The notes: generated from the letters alone by a model not told the origin. Positions 35,738 to 44,674 are shown, counted from the stretch's first letter. The stretch: 64,000 bases of DNA from an uncultured archaeon (GCA_964428495.1 CAYRXY010000002.1:87512-151511), one strand, 5' to 3'. Program-made: numbers and translations.

Positions 35738-38700
35738 ATGAGGTCCTATCTAAAGGTATTAGTTCTCTCCTTGTTTATTACTCTACTATCAACTATTTCA
35801 TTTGGAATTATCATGACAATCGAAGCAATAAAAGATTCGTTCATAAGTGAGGGTAAAGGATGTATAAGTGATCCAGAATTTAGACCAGATAAAAATTATG
35901 GCTGGGATCCATACATTCTCATTACAAAACCCACTGAAAACAGAGTATGTAGCGAATATAGAGGAATTATAAGCTTCGGGGTAATAAATATATCACCAAG
36001 CAAAATTCAAAATGTCACACTAGTTCTAACACAAACAAAAAAATTACCTTGGAGTTGTAAATTTTATAGATTAAAATTGAGAAGCTTTCAAATATATCCA
36101 TACAATTGGAGTGAAAATGATATAACTTGGGATTTACAGCCACCCATAGGTAATTTTATAGGAAAATGTCTTTGGTCTCCTAATTGTTGTACAGGAAATT
36201 ATGAAACACCGCGTTATATAGATTTTGATATCACGGATTGGGTCATCAATCAAACAAAAAATAAATATCCTATTGATTTCTTTCTTGTTACAGATAGCTG
36301 GACTAGCAGTGACTGGAATGTAATAGAAATAGCATCAAAGGATCATCCAAACCCCTACTACCACCCCAAACTCATCATCGAATATGAAGAAAATGAAACG
36401 ACTACAACCAGCACAACATTGACAACGTCGACGACGAGTACGTTACCGACCACGACTGTGTCCACGACGTCAACCGCGCCTACGACAACTACAACCACAA
36501 CAACTATCGAAACGACGACCACGATTCCGCAGATCAGAAAGCCGGTCTTCATAACAGATTCAGATTTCTGGAATATATTATCTGCATCTCCCTACTCGTT
36601 TCCTCTTCTTGTAAAAGATGATACATGGTCGAATAGCGAAATCGAAAAATTTATCGAAAGATATAGCCCAACAGAAATCCTTTGCATAAACACAGACTAT
36701 GAGAACTGCATTCACATTTCAAGAGATCAACTAAAATCCTTAATACCTACACAGGGAACGGTCATCGTAGATGGTGATAGGAAAAGAGCGATCCTTGGAT
36801 CGTACATAGCGAAACTTCTCAACTATTCTCTTGTCGAGATTCTTGACGTGAATGGCAACGACTTTTACGGCAACGTGATATGCACATTCAACTTCAGTTC
36901 ATGTTCAAAAATACTTGACAGTGAAGAAAAATTGGAAGACTTCATTTTCAACTTAACGAAAGGAAAAGAGATGAACACAATTATTCTGACAAACGTCAAG
37001 AAAAACGAATCAGCGCTGGCGTCAAAGATAGGTGGTTTACCGATCGTTCTTGACATCAAAGAAAACTACACTGATTTGACGATAGATGATGTAAACAGGA
37101 AGAATAAAATTTTTGATGCTGTTGAAATAGTCAACAGGACAATCCAGAAAATGAAAGATAACGGAATGATCAGTGAAGACTATCTTATGAACAACTCGTT
37201 TTTCTTAATCCTCGTTGGCATGCCCTTTGCATTTGTGAAGGATCCGTACCCAGAATTGTTCCATAACATGGATGGTTCTGTCCTCGTGACGGACAATCTC
37301 TATGGAGACTGTGACAAGGATGGTTATCTTGACCTTGCCGTCGGAAGATTCTGCTGCTCTCCTTCCCAGATTTCAGTCCAGATAGAGAACAGAAGATTCT
37401 GGAATCCAAAAGAGAAAAGAGCGCTGGTTTTGGCAGAGTACAGAAAACCACCCGGCAAAATCTCTTTCGACGGAATGAGTGACGGAATGATAACAGAAGG
37501 TACATTAGGATCTGCTGGATTCAACATTACAAGGCTTGTTGAATGGCGGGCACCAAACTTCACAGACACCGAACTCAGTAACCTTACGCTTCCCGATCCT
37601 ACAAACATGGGAATAGACGATTGGATAAAATACGGAGAGATCCTCATGAAGGTTATAGAGGAATGGAAGTACAAACTTTATGAGTATAATCTTCTAGATT
37701 TACTTCTCCTCAGAAAACCGGAAAAACTACCTGCACTAAACAGAATAAACTTTTTCAAGTACAAAAATTTCTCTTCACTAATCTTCTATTTTGGGATGGG
37801 TGATGAAGATGCATGGTATCTTCCAGGTGATAATTATGATCCTTATCCAAAGGAAAATAACATCACACCAAACGAATTCGACTGGACAGGACCGAAGATG
37901 CTCATAGATGAACACACGCTGGCAGGTCAGCCAACGTCAAGGTTTGTCCACTGCAACAACCTTGTTTATCTTGGCCCGACAGGTATTGTTCATGACACGA
38001 TTTCATCAATCACCTACAGAAGATTTTTGGAGCCGTTGGCAAAAGGAAAGCCAATTGGTGAAGCACTGAGAGAAATGAAAAGATTTTCTCTGAACTACAC
38101 AAATCAATCTCGCCCGTTCCTGGTCAGTTTAATATTTTATTTTAATCACAAAGCGACCCTGAAGGATATGTATCAACTTATGCTATATGGTGACCCTCGT
38201 CTTTCCATCGATCCGGTAAACTTCCACGTGGAAACTTACCGTGCCGAACAGAACGGAAACGAGATGAAGATAAAAGTTAGCATGAATCCCAAGTGGAGAA
38301 TAGAACAAAGCGAAAACTTCTTAGATGTTAATGTAGAAAATGCAGACAATTTTATTTTTGATTTAGGAAGGCCGTTAGTCCCTGTATTAGAAAGGGAAAT
38401 CATTCTTCCAAGTAGAGCAGACTATCATGTAGATGTACAGATTCATAAATTAAATGAATCTTATGTGAATCCTCTCATACTTGAGCCGGATCAATTCTCT
38501 TATAATCAATCTTTGAACTATACGATCTTTCCGGAAGAAAATTACTGGATTGATGAGAGAGAACTCTTGGATGGAAGAAAAGAAATACGCATAATATTTT
38601 CTCCGGTAAAATACATTCACAACAGCTCGATAAAGGTTGAGATCTACAATGCCACATTTGAAATTTCCTATCAGTCTCCTTTGGAAATTCTCGATCTTTC

Positions 38701-39373
38701 CGCTGATCAAGACTCGATAGAGATAGAACTAAAATCCAACGGCTTAACTAAACTACTGGTTCAGATTGTAGGTGAAGATAAAACAGAATTGATAAGAAGA
38801 GATGTTGAAATACATGGAACTCAGAAAGTCTCTATACCTTACCATTTTGATTCTGGAAAATATATCATAAGGGTTTCAACGATAAGAGGAAACCTAAGGG
38901 CAGGGCCGAAAGAGATTTCTTTAAGTGTTGGGCAACAAACTACAGAGACGACAACTTCTACAACTATGATATCTTTACTTGAATCTGGAAAGAAGAAGAT
39001 TGGTCTTGAAAAAAGCACTTGGATAAAAAGAAACTTCGAAGAAGTAAAACACTTCTCGTCTCCCAGCGGTGAAACATTCATATTCAGATCATTTGACAAG
39101 ATGATTATTATAAATAAAACATTCGAAAATATTAGTTTTCAATATCTAACTCCTGATTTTTCATTAATATTCTCGAAGAATTCAAAAGAGAAAAAATATT
39201 TCTACTTTACAAATAAAGGAAGTTTAATCATATCAGAATCTCATGGTATAAAAAAAGAAGTAAGATATGGAGGTATTAGTAATGAAGAATTTGAAAAAGT
39301 CATTCGGATGATTAAAAACATTATGATCTCTCTAAAATTAACGTACATTCAATCTCTCGAATATGAAACCTAA
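35738..39373 (+). CDS. 1211-aa secreted surface protein: N-terminal carbohydrate-binding/DNRLRE-like domain, Thr-rich linker, peptidase C25 (gingipain)-like core, Ig-like C-terminal region
   Basis: Signal/anchor MRSYLKVLVLSLFITLLSTISFG. FFLILVGMPFAFV...TDNLYGDCDKDGYLDLAVGRF resembles the C25 family. Two Thr-rich tracts. Domain calls were made by eye only. Confidence 0.5.
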   Translation: MRSYLKVLVLSLFITLLSTISFGIIMTIEAIKDSFISEGKGCISDPEFRPDKNYGWDPYILITKPTENRVCSEYRGIISFGVINISPSKIQNVTLVLTQTKKLPWSCKFYRLKLRSFQIYPYNWSENDITWDLQPPIGNFIGKCLWSPNCCTGNYETPRYIDFDITDWVINQTKNKYPIDFFLVTDSWTSSDWNVIEIASKDHPNPYYHPKLIIEYEENETTTTSTTLTTSTTSTLPTTTVSTTSTAPTTTTTTTTIETTTTIPQIRKPVFITDSDFWNILSASPYSFPLLVKDDTWSNSEIEKFIERYSPTEILCINTDYENCIHISRDQLKSLIPTQGTVIVDGDRKRAILGSYIAKLLNYSLVEILDVNGNDFYGNVICTFNFSSCSKILDSEEKLEDFIFNLTKGKEMNTIILTNVKKNESALASKIGGLPIVLDIKENYTDLTIDDVNRKNKIFDAVEIVNRTIQKMKDNGMISEDYLMNNSFFLILVGMPFAFVKDPYPELFHNMDGSVLVTDNLYGDCDKDGYLDLAVGRFCCSPSQISVQIENRRFWNPKEKRALVLAEYRKPPGKISFDGMSDGMITEGTLGSAGFNITRLVEWRAPNFTDTELSNLTLPDPTNMGIDDWIKYGEILMKVIEEWKYKLYEYNLLDLLLLRKPEKLPALNRINFFKYKNFSSLIFYFGMGDEDAWYLPGDNYDPYPKENNITPNEFDWTGPKMLIDEHTLAGQPTSRFVHCNNLVYLGPTGIVHDTISSITYRRFLEPLAKGKPIGEALREMKRFSLNYTNQSRPFLVSLIFYFNHKATLKDMYQLMLYGDPRLSIDPVNFHVETYRAEQNGNEMKIKVSMNPKWRIEQSENFLDVNVENADNFIFDLGRPLVPVLEREIILPSRADYHVDVQIHKLNESYVNPLILEPDQFSYNQSLNYTIFPEENYWIDERELLDGRKEIRIIFSPVKYIHNSSIKVEIYNATFEISYQSPLEILDLSADQDSIEIELKSNGLTKLLVQIVGEDKTELIRRDVEIHGTQKVSIPYHFDSGKYIIRVSTIRGNLRAGPKEISLSVGQQTTETTTSTTMISLLESGKKKIGLEKSTWIKRNFEEVKHFSSPSGETFIFRSFDKMIIINKTFENISFQYLTPDFSLIFSKNSKEKKYFYFTNKGSLIISESHGIKKEVRYGGISNEEFEKVIRMIKNIMISLKLTYIQSLEYET
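36398..36523 (+). repeat. Thr/Ser-rich low-complexity linker (ACN codon run)
   Basis: Encodes TTTTSTTLTTSTTSTLPTTTVSTTSTAPTTTTTTTTIETTTT. The antisense ORF 36358..36552 (poly-Val) is its shadow. Confidence 0.9.
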
Positions 39374-39449
39374 ATACTAAAAAGGATATATTACTTTATA
39401 GAAATAGATTTTAAGAAGAAAATTAAATAGATTAATACGTATACCATTT

Positions 39450-39490
39450 GGTTGGGGGAGAAATAGTTAAAATCTTTTTCGGTTGGGGGA
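39450..39490 (+). repeat. two direct copies of GGTTGGGGGA, 31 nt apart
   Basis: Copies at 39450-39459 and 39481-39490, in the intergenic region between the surface-protein gene and ftsZ. Confidence 0.8.
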
Positions 39491-39503
39491 CCGGAAAAGA
39501 TTT
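39470..39503 (+). other. 13-bp stem / 8-nt loop hairpin
   Basis: AAATCTTTTTCGG (39470-39482) pairs with CCGGAAAAGATTT (39491-39503) with one G-U pair. The loop is TTGGGGGA. Confidence 0.7.
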
Positions 39504-39544
39504 GCTTCTATAAGCATTAGTTGTAATTAGAGTTTAGTGTCGCC

Positions 39545-39554
39545 TATATAAAAA
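39545..39554 (+). promoter_or_regulatory. putative TATA box of ftsZ, bracketed by an 8-bp inverted repeat
   Basis: TATATAAAAA lies about 47 nt upstream of ATG 39592. GAGGTG (39581-39586) is SD-like. The arms GTGTCGCC (39537-39544) and GGCGATAC (39566-39573) flank the box. Confidence 0.4.
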
Positions 39555-39591
39555 GATTTCGATACGGCGATACATAGATTGAGGTGTAAAA

Positions 39592-40686
39592 ATGAGCGAT
39601 GTTTGGTTTTCCGATCAAGTAAAAGAAACGAAACAACAAACAAACACAAACTCCAATAACGAGATAGATGAATTTGGTTCGTACTCAGCAAGAATAGCAG
39701 TTATAGGAATTGGAGGAGCTGGTTGTAATACCATTTCAAGACTCACAGAGAAAGGTATTGAAGGTGCAATAACTATAGCTGTAAACACAGATGCAAAACA
39801 TTTACAAATAACTAAAGCTCATAAAAAGGTTTTGATTGGGAAGGAATTGACAAGAGGATTAGGAGCAGGTGGATATCCAGAAATTGGAAGAAAGGCAGCT
39901 GAAGAATCGAAGGCGGAATTAAAAAAGATTCTTGAAGGAATGGACATGGTATTCATAACGGCAGGCGAAGGAGGTGGTACAGGTACTGGTGCTGCACCTG
40001 TAATCGCAAGAATTGCCAAGGAGCAGGGAGCTATTGTAATTGGTGTTGTAACACTTCCATTCAAGATTGAAGGAGCTAGAATTTCAAAGGCAGAAGACGG
40101 ATTAATGAAACTTAGACAGAACTGCGATACCGTAATCGTAATAGAAAATCAAAAACTTTTGAAATTAGCCGGTGATCTACCACTAAAGGAAGCATTTTCA
40201 GTTGCAGACGATCTCATAGCAACAATGATAAAGGGAATAACTGAAACCATATCACAACCATCTCTCGTAAACCTAGACTACGCCGACGTAAAAGCTGTTA
40301 TGCAAACGGGAGGAGTTGCAACGATAGGTGTAGGTGAATCTAGCACAGAAAACAGAGCACAAGAAGCAGTTATGAAGGCTTTGAACCATCCATTATTAGA
40401 AGTTGATTACAAAGGAGCTAAGGGTGCATTAATTCAAGTAATAGGAGGTGAAAACCTCAAACTCGATGAGGTCAACGAGATATGTGAAGCTGTTGTACAG
40501 CACTTAGATCCAGAGGCTCAGGTAATCTGGGGGGCCAGAGTCAATCCTAACTTTGGAAACAAAGTGCAGGTAATAACTATCATAACAGGCGTAAAGTCCC
40601 CATATATTTTAGGGCCATTGGATAAAAGTGAACTAAGGTCTACAAAGTCAGGGTATAATAGCCTAGGAATTGAAGTTATAAAGTAA
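39592..40686 (+). CDS. ftsZ: cell division GTPase FtsZ
   Basis: GIGGAGCNTISRL, AVNTDAKHL and the tubulin signature GEGGGTGTGAAPVIA. Confidence 0.95.
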   Translation: MSDVWFSDQVKETKQQTNTNSNNEIDEFGSYSARIAVIGIGGAGCNTISRLTEKGIEGAITIAVNTDAKHLQITKAHKKVLIGKELTRGLGAGGYPEIGRKAAEESKAELKKILEGMDMVFITAGEGGGTGTGAAPVIARIAKEQGAIVIGVVTLPFKIEGARISKAEDGLMKLRQNCDTVIVIENQKLLKLAGDLPLKEAFSVADDLIATMIKGITETISQPSLVNLDYADVKAVMQTGGVATIGVGESSTENRAQEAVMKALNHPLLEVDYKGAKGALIQVIGGENLKLDEVNEICEAVVQHLDPEAQVIWGARVNPNFGNKVQVITIITGVKSPYILGPLDKSELRSTKSGYNSLGIEVIK

Positions 40687-40726
40687 TTTTATTTCCTTCT
40701 TTTTCTTCTTTCTCTCTTCTTTACTC
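40687..40726 (+). terminator. pyrimidine/oligo-T tract after ftsZ
   Basis: TTTTATTTCCTTCTTTTTCTTCTTTCTCTCTTCTTTACTC lies directly after the stop. Confidence 0.3.
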
Positions 40727-40854
40727 ATTTAAGAATTCTATTATGAATCTATAAAGTATGAAAAACTTGCTACAGTTTCCACCTAAATTATCAATAATAA
40801 GTTTACAGAACCTGATTTTGATAAAAATATAAAGTTTTTATAAATAGAAATCTC

Positions 40855-41397
40855 ATGAAAGTCCTTGTTGGATCGGAAAATCCAGTGAAGATAAATGCAG
40901 TAAAAAAAGCATTTTCTAAGTATTTCGATGGAGTAGAGGTTATCGGTATAAAAGTTAAATCAGGTGTTCCAGATCAGCCTATAAATGAAGAGACATTTGA
41001 TGGAGCAAAAAATCGAGCATTAGAGTTGAAGAAAATTAATGAAGAGAAAAATCTTGGTGCAAAATTCTTTGTTGGAATAGAAGGAGGTATAATGAAGATC
41101 TATTCACGATGGTTTTCGTTTGGTGCAATGTGTATAGTAGGTGAAAACGGGGGAATGGGATTCGGTACGTCGCCTTTATTCGAGCTTCCGGAAGATATAA
41201 TCAGTGAGCTTTTAAACAGAGTTGAACTTGGAAAGGTAATGGATAAAATAACTGGTGAAAAAGATGTCAAAAGAAAGGGCGGGGCGATCGAATTTTTCAC
41301 TAAGGGTGTGATGGATAGAACGGAACTCTACGTCCATGGTCTCGTAACAGCGTTAATACCATTCATAAATGAAAAGATGTTTTTCAAAGAAGATTGA
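40855..41397 (+). CDS. inosine/xanthosine triphosphatase (YjjX/DUF84 NTPase family)
   Basis: MKVLVGSENPVKINAVKKAF...KSGVPDQPINEETFDGAKNRA matches the YjjX N-terminal consensus. Confidence 0.7.
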   Translation: MKVLVGSENPVKINAVKKAFSKYFDGVEVIGIKVKSGVPDQPINEETFDGAKNRALELKKINEEKNLGAKFFVGIEGGIMKIYSRWFSFGAMCIVGENGGMGFGTSPLFELPEDIISELLNRVELGKVMDKITGEKDVKRKGGAIEFFTKGVMDRTELYVHGLVTALIPFINEKMFFKED

Positions 41398-41415
41398 AAT
41401 ATTTAAAAAATTCAT

Positions 41416-41733
41416 TTAATATTCTCTCCAGACATATCCACACTTTGTACATTTAAAGAACTGTGTCGGAGGCTCATCTGCCGATCTGGTTTGCTGAACC
41501 CACCACCAAGCCTTATTGTGTCCACACTTCGGACATATTTTTTCAGTCACTGGTAAATTCGTCTCATCCTTTTCTATTACTAAAACCTTTTCATGTTTTA
41601 CTTTTTCTTCAAGCTTCAAAGACTTTGGCGCCTTACTTCGAGTGTACCCACATTTTGGGCATTTTAGATATACCTGTTTTCCTTTTTTTACAGGAACCAT
41701 TATAGAGCCACATTTTGGACAAAACTCCATCAT
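41416..41733 (-). CDS. tfs: transcription factor S (TFS; RNA polymerase M/TFIIS-like)
   Basis: Two zinc ribbons (CPKCG...CPKCG and CPKCG...CTKCG) plus the acidic hairpin QQTRSADEPPTQFF. Confidence 0.9.
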   Translation of the reverse strand: MMEFCPKCGSIMVPVKKGKQVYLKCPKCGYTRSKAPKSLKLEEKVKHEKVLVIEKDETNLPVTEKICPKCGHNKAWWWVQQTRSADEPPTQFFKCTKCGYVWREY

Positions 41734-41827
41734 TTTTACCTACCTAAAAGGCTGTAAACATAGAATATGAGGCAAAAGTATTTAAAATTTATTTTTGAGG
41801 CTTAGCCTAACCACAGAATAGAAAAGT

Positions 41828-42244
41828 TTAAATACCAATTAATACATTCAAACCAAGTCTGGGCCAGCCTAATAGTGGAACAGCGAAAAGAACTTTTCCT
41901 TTTATTTGAGAATAGTAAACTGGGCATGGATCATTTATAGGATTGTTATCGCCCCTTATAATATAGGTATTATTCTCTATTTTAACAATTCGATGAATGA
42001 TATCCTCTCTTGGAAGATATGTACAATTTGCTCTATATATTATAATATCTCCAACCTTGAGATCCGTAGGTTCAACGGCAACAACAAGATCTCCTCTGTG
42101 TAATCTAGGGACCATAGAGTTCGATGCAACAGAAACTATAGGAACAGATGTTCCCATTACAATCCCAAGCCCATGATAAATGACTAAGGCCAGAATAAAC
42201 GCACCGATAATTTCTAGAACATCTTTTGTAAGACTTTTCTTCAT
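41828..42244 (-). CDS. signal peptidase I (archaeal S26B/Sec11 type)
   Basis: N-terminal TM helix, catalytic Ser box VASNSMVPRLHRGDLV, then HRIV and GDNN blocks. Confidence 0.75.
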   Translation of the reverse strand: MKKSLTKDVLEIIGAFILALVIYHGLGIVMGTSVPIVSVASNSMVPRLHRGDLVVAVEPTDLKVGDIIIYRANCTYLPREDIIHRIVKIENNTYIIRGDNNPINDPCPVYYSQIKGKVLFAVPLLGWPRLGLNVLIGI

Positions 42245-42267
42245 TATTTTAAATTATTCATCTCTAC

Positions 42268-42511
42268 TTAAATGGGTTTCGTGTATTTATTTCTATCTTT
42301 CTTCAACTCTCTTTCTTGGAGCTTTCTAATTCTGTAGATTTGGCTTTTGACTCTAGGATTTAATAATCTTCCATTAATAGGTGGTCCTACACTCGCCAAA
42401 CTACCTGCTCGTGACGTATCTTCATCAGATGTTCTCATTCCTTTCTACAATCAATTAGAAATCATCTGAAACTGTTCCACATTCTGGACATACTATTTCG
42501 TCGTTTACCAT
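42268..42511 (-). pseudogene. degenerate TFB/TFIIB N-terminal remnant (half zinc ribbon plus B-reader/linker-like segment, no cyclin folds)
   Basis: Own translation: MVNDEIVCPECGTVSDDF* (42511..42455). After a frame change: MRTSDEDTSRAGSLASVGPPINGRLLNPRVKSQIYRIRKLQERELKKDRNKY (42438..42268). Compare the TFB blocks SRTGAP and YRLRKWQSR. Confidence 0.45.
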
Positions 42512-42535
42512 GTAACTAACTTATAATGGTAAAAT

Positions 42536-42853
42536 TTACTCTTTAGAGTAGTTAATCCAGAATGGATTACCATCACCAACCCAACCATATATTCTAGAAA
42601 TAGTTATAGAGCTATTTTTACGGCCGTTTAACAAATTTTCAAGCAATTTAAAATTTCTGGAAATTATAGAATCTCTAACTTTGTAGTTGTTTATATCATA
42701 ATTGTAAATATCGACCCGAACCGTAAGATTGCATTCATCATTTATTTTTTCCAAATATTTTAGAGCATCATCGTCTTTTATGACCTCTGATAACCTTTTT
42801 AGATCTTCTATTTTAGAAAATCGGTAGACGTCCCAACCTGTGACAGCATCCAT
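42536..42853 (-). CDS. hypothetical protein
   Basis: 105-aa ORF downstream of the DUF99 gene on the same strand. No family recognised. Confidence 0.4.
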   Translation of the reverse strand: MDAVTGWDVYRFSKIEDLKRLSEVIKDDDALKYLEKINDECNLTVRVDIYNYDINNYKVRDSIISRNFKLLENLLNGRKNSSITISRIYGWVGDGNPFWINYSKE

Positions 42854-42881
42854 AATTTTTATTTATTCTCCGCTTTAAAAT

Positions 42882-43445
42882 TCATGCCCTTCCCTTGGAC
42901 TCACCAGAAAGTCCCGTCGCTATAATATGTGCAAGTCTTATAGGCTCTGGAATGTTAGCTCTTGTGGAAGAAAGAGATATGATTTCCTCTGCCTCTTTTT
43001 TAGAGATACCAGCCTTTTGGAAATAAATATGACCAAAACTATAAATTCTTCCCGCATTCTCTACAATTTTCTTTCGCTTTTCAAAATCATCAAATATCCT
43101 CATAGCTTTTAGAAATCTCTTTACGCCAGGTTTCTTTCTTATTATAACAATTACCGGAAGACCTGTTTCCTCGTTAAGGACCTTTATGTCGATAAGGTTA
43201 AATCCTGCGAATGATATTCCATCGGTCATTATTACTCTTAACTGTTCTTTATGTCTTGATTTATTTACTACATTTACGATCTTATTCGTCACATCAAGCC
43301 CATCATATCTAACATTAACTGTGAGGAGGCCATCAAGCCATTTACCACCGCGAACAATTGCACCAACAAGTCTGACCCATTTGACTCTACCCCTTATGAA
43401 AGAAGCATCATCCCATCCAATTATCCGAATCTCATCTTTGAACAT
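42882..43445 (-). CDS. DUF99/UPF0215 protein (endonuclease V-like fold)
   Basis: IRIIGWDDASF...LVGAIVRGGKWLDGLL...YDGLDVT...VIMTDGISFAGFNLIDI...GLPVIVI. Start taken at MFKDE (43445). Confidence 0.65.
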   Translation of the reverse strand: MFKDEIRIIGWDDASFIRGRVKWVRLVGAIVRGGKWLDGLLTVNVRYDGLDVTNKIVNVVNKSRHKEQLRVIMTDGISFAGFNLIDIKVLNEETGLPVIVIIRKKPGVKRFLKAMRIFDDFEKRKKIVENAGRIYSFGHIYFQKAGISKKEAEEIISLSSTRANIPEPIRLAHIIATGLSGESKGRA

Positions 43446-43536
43446 GAATAGGTTATATGAAAACAAAAAGAAAAATTTAAACAAGCTTTTTAAATCTTTC
43501 CATAGTTATAACTTTATAGTGAGTATTGGTGATTTT

Positions 43537-44007
43537 ATGAGCTTTTACGAAAGAGCTGCATTTGTTTTGAGCTTGATTGTCCTTGTTATTATACTAGCTA
43601 AATTAGTGGACATGTGGGCAGTTTCAGTTTCTATATTACTGGTAATGCTTGCAATGATCCTCTACAAGCTTCATTTTGAAGAAAAAATAAACGAAATTGA
43701 AGAGAGAGAAAAAGAGAAAAAAGGTATATTGAATAAGATAGCTCAGACTGTTGAAAGAATGATTGGAATGATAGGCACGATAAGAGATGATATAAGAAAC
43801 GAGAACTTCGATATTGACAAGAAATTATCATCGCAGAAGGAAGAAATTGAGAAGAAGATGAAGAAAAATTATTACGAGTTAGCGGACAAAATAATTGACT
43901 TAGAAAATAAGACGAATAAAATGAAAAAGACTTTGGGTGCTTACATATCTTATCTTGAAGAATTGTTAAAAAGAGAAGAAGAAGTTTACGAGGAGTTCTC
44001 TGAGTGA
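43537..44007 (+). CDS. 2-TM membrane protein with a cytoplasmic coiled coil
   Basis: The true start is likely ATG 43537 (MSFYERAAFVLSLIVLVIIL). The upstream part of ORF 43186..44007 is antisense to the DUF99 gene. Confidence 0.5.
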   Translation: MSFYERAAFVLSLIVLVIILAKLVDMWAVSVSILLVMLAMILYKLHFEEKINEIEEREKEKKGILNKIAQTVERMIGMIGTIRDDIRNENFDIDKKLSSQKEEIEKKMKKNYYELADKIIDLENKTNKMKKTLGAYISYLEELLKREEEVYEEFSE

Positions 44008-44069
44008 AAAAATAAATAGTTTAAAACTTTATTAAGTACTATTTTAAATTATTTACAACGGTGTATAAC

Positions 44070-44672
44070 ATGAAAATTGAAGAAGCGATTGAAGAACTGA
44101 AGAAAGAAAAGAGAAATTTCGATCAAACTGTAGATCTCATAATTACATTAAGGAATATCGATCTTAAGAAACCTGAAAATAGAATAACCAAGGAGATTGC
44201 TCTACCTCATGGAAGGGGTAAGGATGCTAAAATCGGTATATTTTCAGATAAAATTGGTATTAAGAAGGAAGAAATTGAGAAAATGGGAAAAAATAAAAAA
44301 GATGCAAAGAAGCTAGCCAAAAGTTATGATTTCTTTTTAGCAACTGCAGATTTAATGCCCCTTATAGGTAAATTACTCGGTAGGTTCTTAGCTCCTAAGG
44401 GAAAGATGCCACAGCCAATACCCCCAACATTCACAAAAGAACAAATTGACAAAATTGTTGAAAGAAAGAAAAAGTCAATACTCATACGAGTTAAATCATC
44501 GCCTCAAATTCAGGTTCCCGTCGGAAAGCAATCAATGGATACAAAAGATCTAAAGGAAAATATTGAACATGTGATAAAAGAGGTTGTATCCTTATTACCG
44601 AAGAGTAGAGCTCAAGTAAGAGATGTTTATTTAAAACTTACAATGAGTAAACCAATAAAGATAAAGTGGTAA
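44070..44672 (+). CDS. rpl1: 50S ribosomal protein L1 (uL1)
   Basis: MKIEEAIEELKKEKRNFDQTVDLIITLRNIDLKKPENRI...ATADLMPLIGKLLGRFLAPKGKMP. Confidence 0.9.
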   Translation: MKIEEAIEELKKEKRNFDQTVDLIITLRNIDLKKPENRITKEIALPHGRGKDAKIGIFSDKIGIKKEEIEKMGKNKKDAKKLAKSYDFFLATADLMPLIGKLLGRFLAPKGKMPQPIPPTFTKEQIDKIVERKKKSILIRVKSSPQIQVPVGKQSMDTKDLKENIEHVIKEVVSLLPKSRAQVRDVYLKLTMSKPIKIKW

Positions 44673-44674
44673 AA

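Noticed and set aside
36358-36552. Poly-Val antisense ORF opposite the Thr-rich linker
   Set aside because: It is the complement of ACN Thr codons (NGT gives Val) and a compositional artefact.
39819-40064. 81-aa antisense ORF inside ftsZ
   Set aside because: It is a shadow of the Gly-rich tubulin-signature region of a clearly identified FtsZ.
42420-42480. Possible C/D-box sRNA (CUGAUGA and AGAUGAU elements on the minus strand)
   Set aside because: The box spacing and order (C-D'-C'-D) do not fit, and there is no terminal stem or proper D box. The region is better explained as the TFB-like remnant.
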